From: an uncultured Bacteroidales bacterium
Lineage (GTDB): Bacteria; Bacteroidota; Bacteroidia; Bacteroidales; UBA10428
Assembly: GCA_965602045.1 (NCBI GenBank)
Contig: CBFCXR010000003.1
Location: forward strand, 1 to 46,776
Length of the DNA: 46,776 bases
Reading direction: 5' to 3'
Position 1 is the first letter of the stretch. Each line of letters starts with the position of its first letter. Positions 45,556 to 46,776 of the stretch are shown here, in pieces. The notes below the pieces were generated by a model. It was not told the DNA's origin, ran no database searches, and saw nothing but the letters and a program-made list of their open reading frames with translations. A program made the translations under genes and the position numbers.

Positions 45556-46581
45556 TCAAAGGTTCACCACAAAGGTAGATAATATAAGTACTAATATTCC
45601 TATTAACAGGATGATAACTGTTTTGGCTCCTGTACCTTTCCATTCTTTCAGGAATATTCCCCAGATATTACTAAATGCTATATTCAGAGCCATTAGAATA
45701 CTCCAGGCAAATATTGACATACTAACAGGTAACTGGCTTTTCCCCATTCCAAAGAACTGGAACTGCATGAACCATAAAAACCCTGCAAGAAAAGTAAAGA
45801 ACAAATTATTGAAGAAAATATTTGCTCCTCCGGAAACATAATCCTTACCTGTTTTATTTTTTATATTCAGATATGCGCAATAAACAAAATTAGTAAAGAA
45901 TCCACCTAGTAATATGAATATCAATACTGGATTGGTTAGATAAAGCGGATTTGTTCCAAAGCTTCTGGCTGTTTCTGCAATTGGACTACCTGATTCAATT
46001 CCGTAACTGAAACAAGCACTCATAATTCCGGCAAAAACGGCTATTATCAAACCTTTTTTTAGTGCAAATTCTTTTACAGCCCGCTTTTTTTCTTCGGCAC
46101 TCAAACCTTTATTTTTTAATGCTCCGGCATAACCAATAATCGCAATCCCGGAAACACATATAGCTACTCCAATAAGCATTAAAATTCCTGATGCAGAACT
46201 AAATAGATTTTCGCCTGCAATTACCGGAGGAATTAAAGTTCCGAAAGCAGCACAAAATCCAAGTGCAATACTCTGCCCCAGCGCAACACCAAGATACCGG
46301 ATACTTAATCCGAATGTCAGTCCGCCCACACCCCAGAGAGCACCAAAAAATATAGCCCACCATTTTGCAGTAGTTGGGGATTCTGATATAATGTCCAGGA
46401 GTGTACCGTCCGGTAATGTTAAATAAGCAAATAACCATGGAGCAATAATCCAGGCTGCAACACCCTGGGTTATCCAATAAGACTCCCATGCCCATTTTTT
46501 TACTTTTTTAAAAGGTACATAAAAGCTTGATGCTCCTATACTTCCTATTGCTATCAATAATATTCCTAATAAAGGTTTCAT
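45556..46581 (-). CDS. rhaT: L-rhamnose:H+ symporter
   Basis: SFYVPFKKVKKWAWESYW, GALWGVGGLTFG, RYLGVALGQSIALG, LKEWK. Confidence 0.95.
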   Translation of the reverse strand: MKPLLGILLIAIGSIGASSFYVPFKKVKKWAWESYWITQGVAAWIIAPWLFAYLTLPDGTLLDIISESPTTAKWWAIFFGALWGVGGLTFGLSIRYLGVALGQSIALGFCAAFGTLIPPVIAGENLFSSASGILMLIGVAICVSGIAIIGYAGALKNKGLSAEEKKRAVKEFALKKGLIIAVFAGIMSACFSYGIESGSPIAETARSFGTNPLYLTNPVLIFILLGGFFTNFVYCAYLNIKNKTGKDYVSGGANIFFNNLFFTFLAGFLWFMQFQFFGMGKSQLPVSMSIFAWSILMALNIAFSNIWGIFLKEWKGTGAKTVIILLIGILVLILSTFVVNL

Positions 46582-46753
46582 AATTAAATTTTGTTTTAAT
46601 ATTATTATAATAATTACAATATAAATTCCTAATTTTTTATACTATTTGATATCAGCCCCTAATATAATAAATAATTGAAATTATGATAATAAAAGCTAAA
46701 ATATATTATTGCTATAACGATTATTTGTATAAGTTGATAAAAGTTATATAATT

Positions 46754-46776
46754 TGCTACTCGTTTCTTGCTTCTCG
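46754..46776 (-). repeat. Start of another RCGAGWA heptamer tract at the window end
   Basis: Reverse complement reads CGAGAA GCAAGAA ACGAGTA GCA, the same unit type as 15468-15579. Confidence 0.7.

Noticed and set aside
1-46776. Mobile elements, tRNA/rRNA, riboswitches (e.g. TPP riboswitch before the ThDP enzyme operon)
   Set aside because: No transposase or integrase ORFs, and the intergenic regions are AT-rich without the conserved structured motifs; a covariance-model search would be needed to exclude small RNAs.

Overview
AT-rich Bacteroidota (Bacteroidales-like) DNA, judged from a T9SS C-terminal sorting domain, TAnnTTTG promoter elements and Bacteroides-type sugar enzymes. Almost the whole window is one monosaccharide-catabolism island for pectin/rhamnogalacturonan-type sugars. 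Its modules are: (i) hexuronate genes (LacI regulator, uxuB-like SDR, uxaC, uxaE, exuT, kdgA, kdgK, LacI kdgR, kduI, kduD); (ii) a FucP permease, Zn dehydrogenase, lactonase, aldo-keto reductase and tandem mutarotase, which best match an oxidative L-galactose route to tagaturonate; (iii) GH105, GH106 and GH31 hydrolases plus a T9SS cargo protein; (iv) GntR-fucI-fucK; (v) rhaT-rhaA-class II aldolase-kinase. Two candidates for undescribed biochemistry stand out. First, a divergently transcribed operon encoding E2, E3, a fused E1 alpha/beta (acetoin/2-oxoacid dehydrogenase-like), an atypical PHP protein and an SrlD-like SDR lies between the fucose and rhamnose genes, behind a perfect HutC-type operator, while fucA and fucO are absent from the window. 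Second, a LarA (nickel-pincer) family protein sits where mannonate dehydratase uxuA normally lies. Smaller features are four palindromic operators, a decayed small HTH pseudogene, a Gfo/Idh/MocA gene missed by the ORF track, and dispersed heptamer repeat tracts. No rRNA, tRNA, CRISPR or transposase was recognised. All functional calls come from motif recognition by eye; no searches were run.
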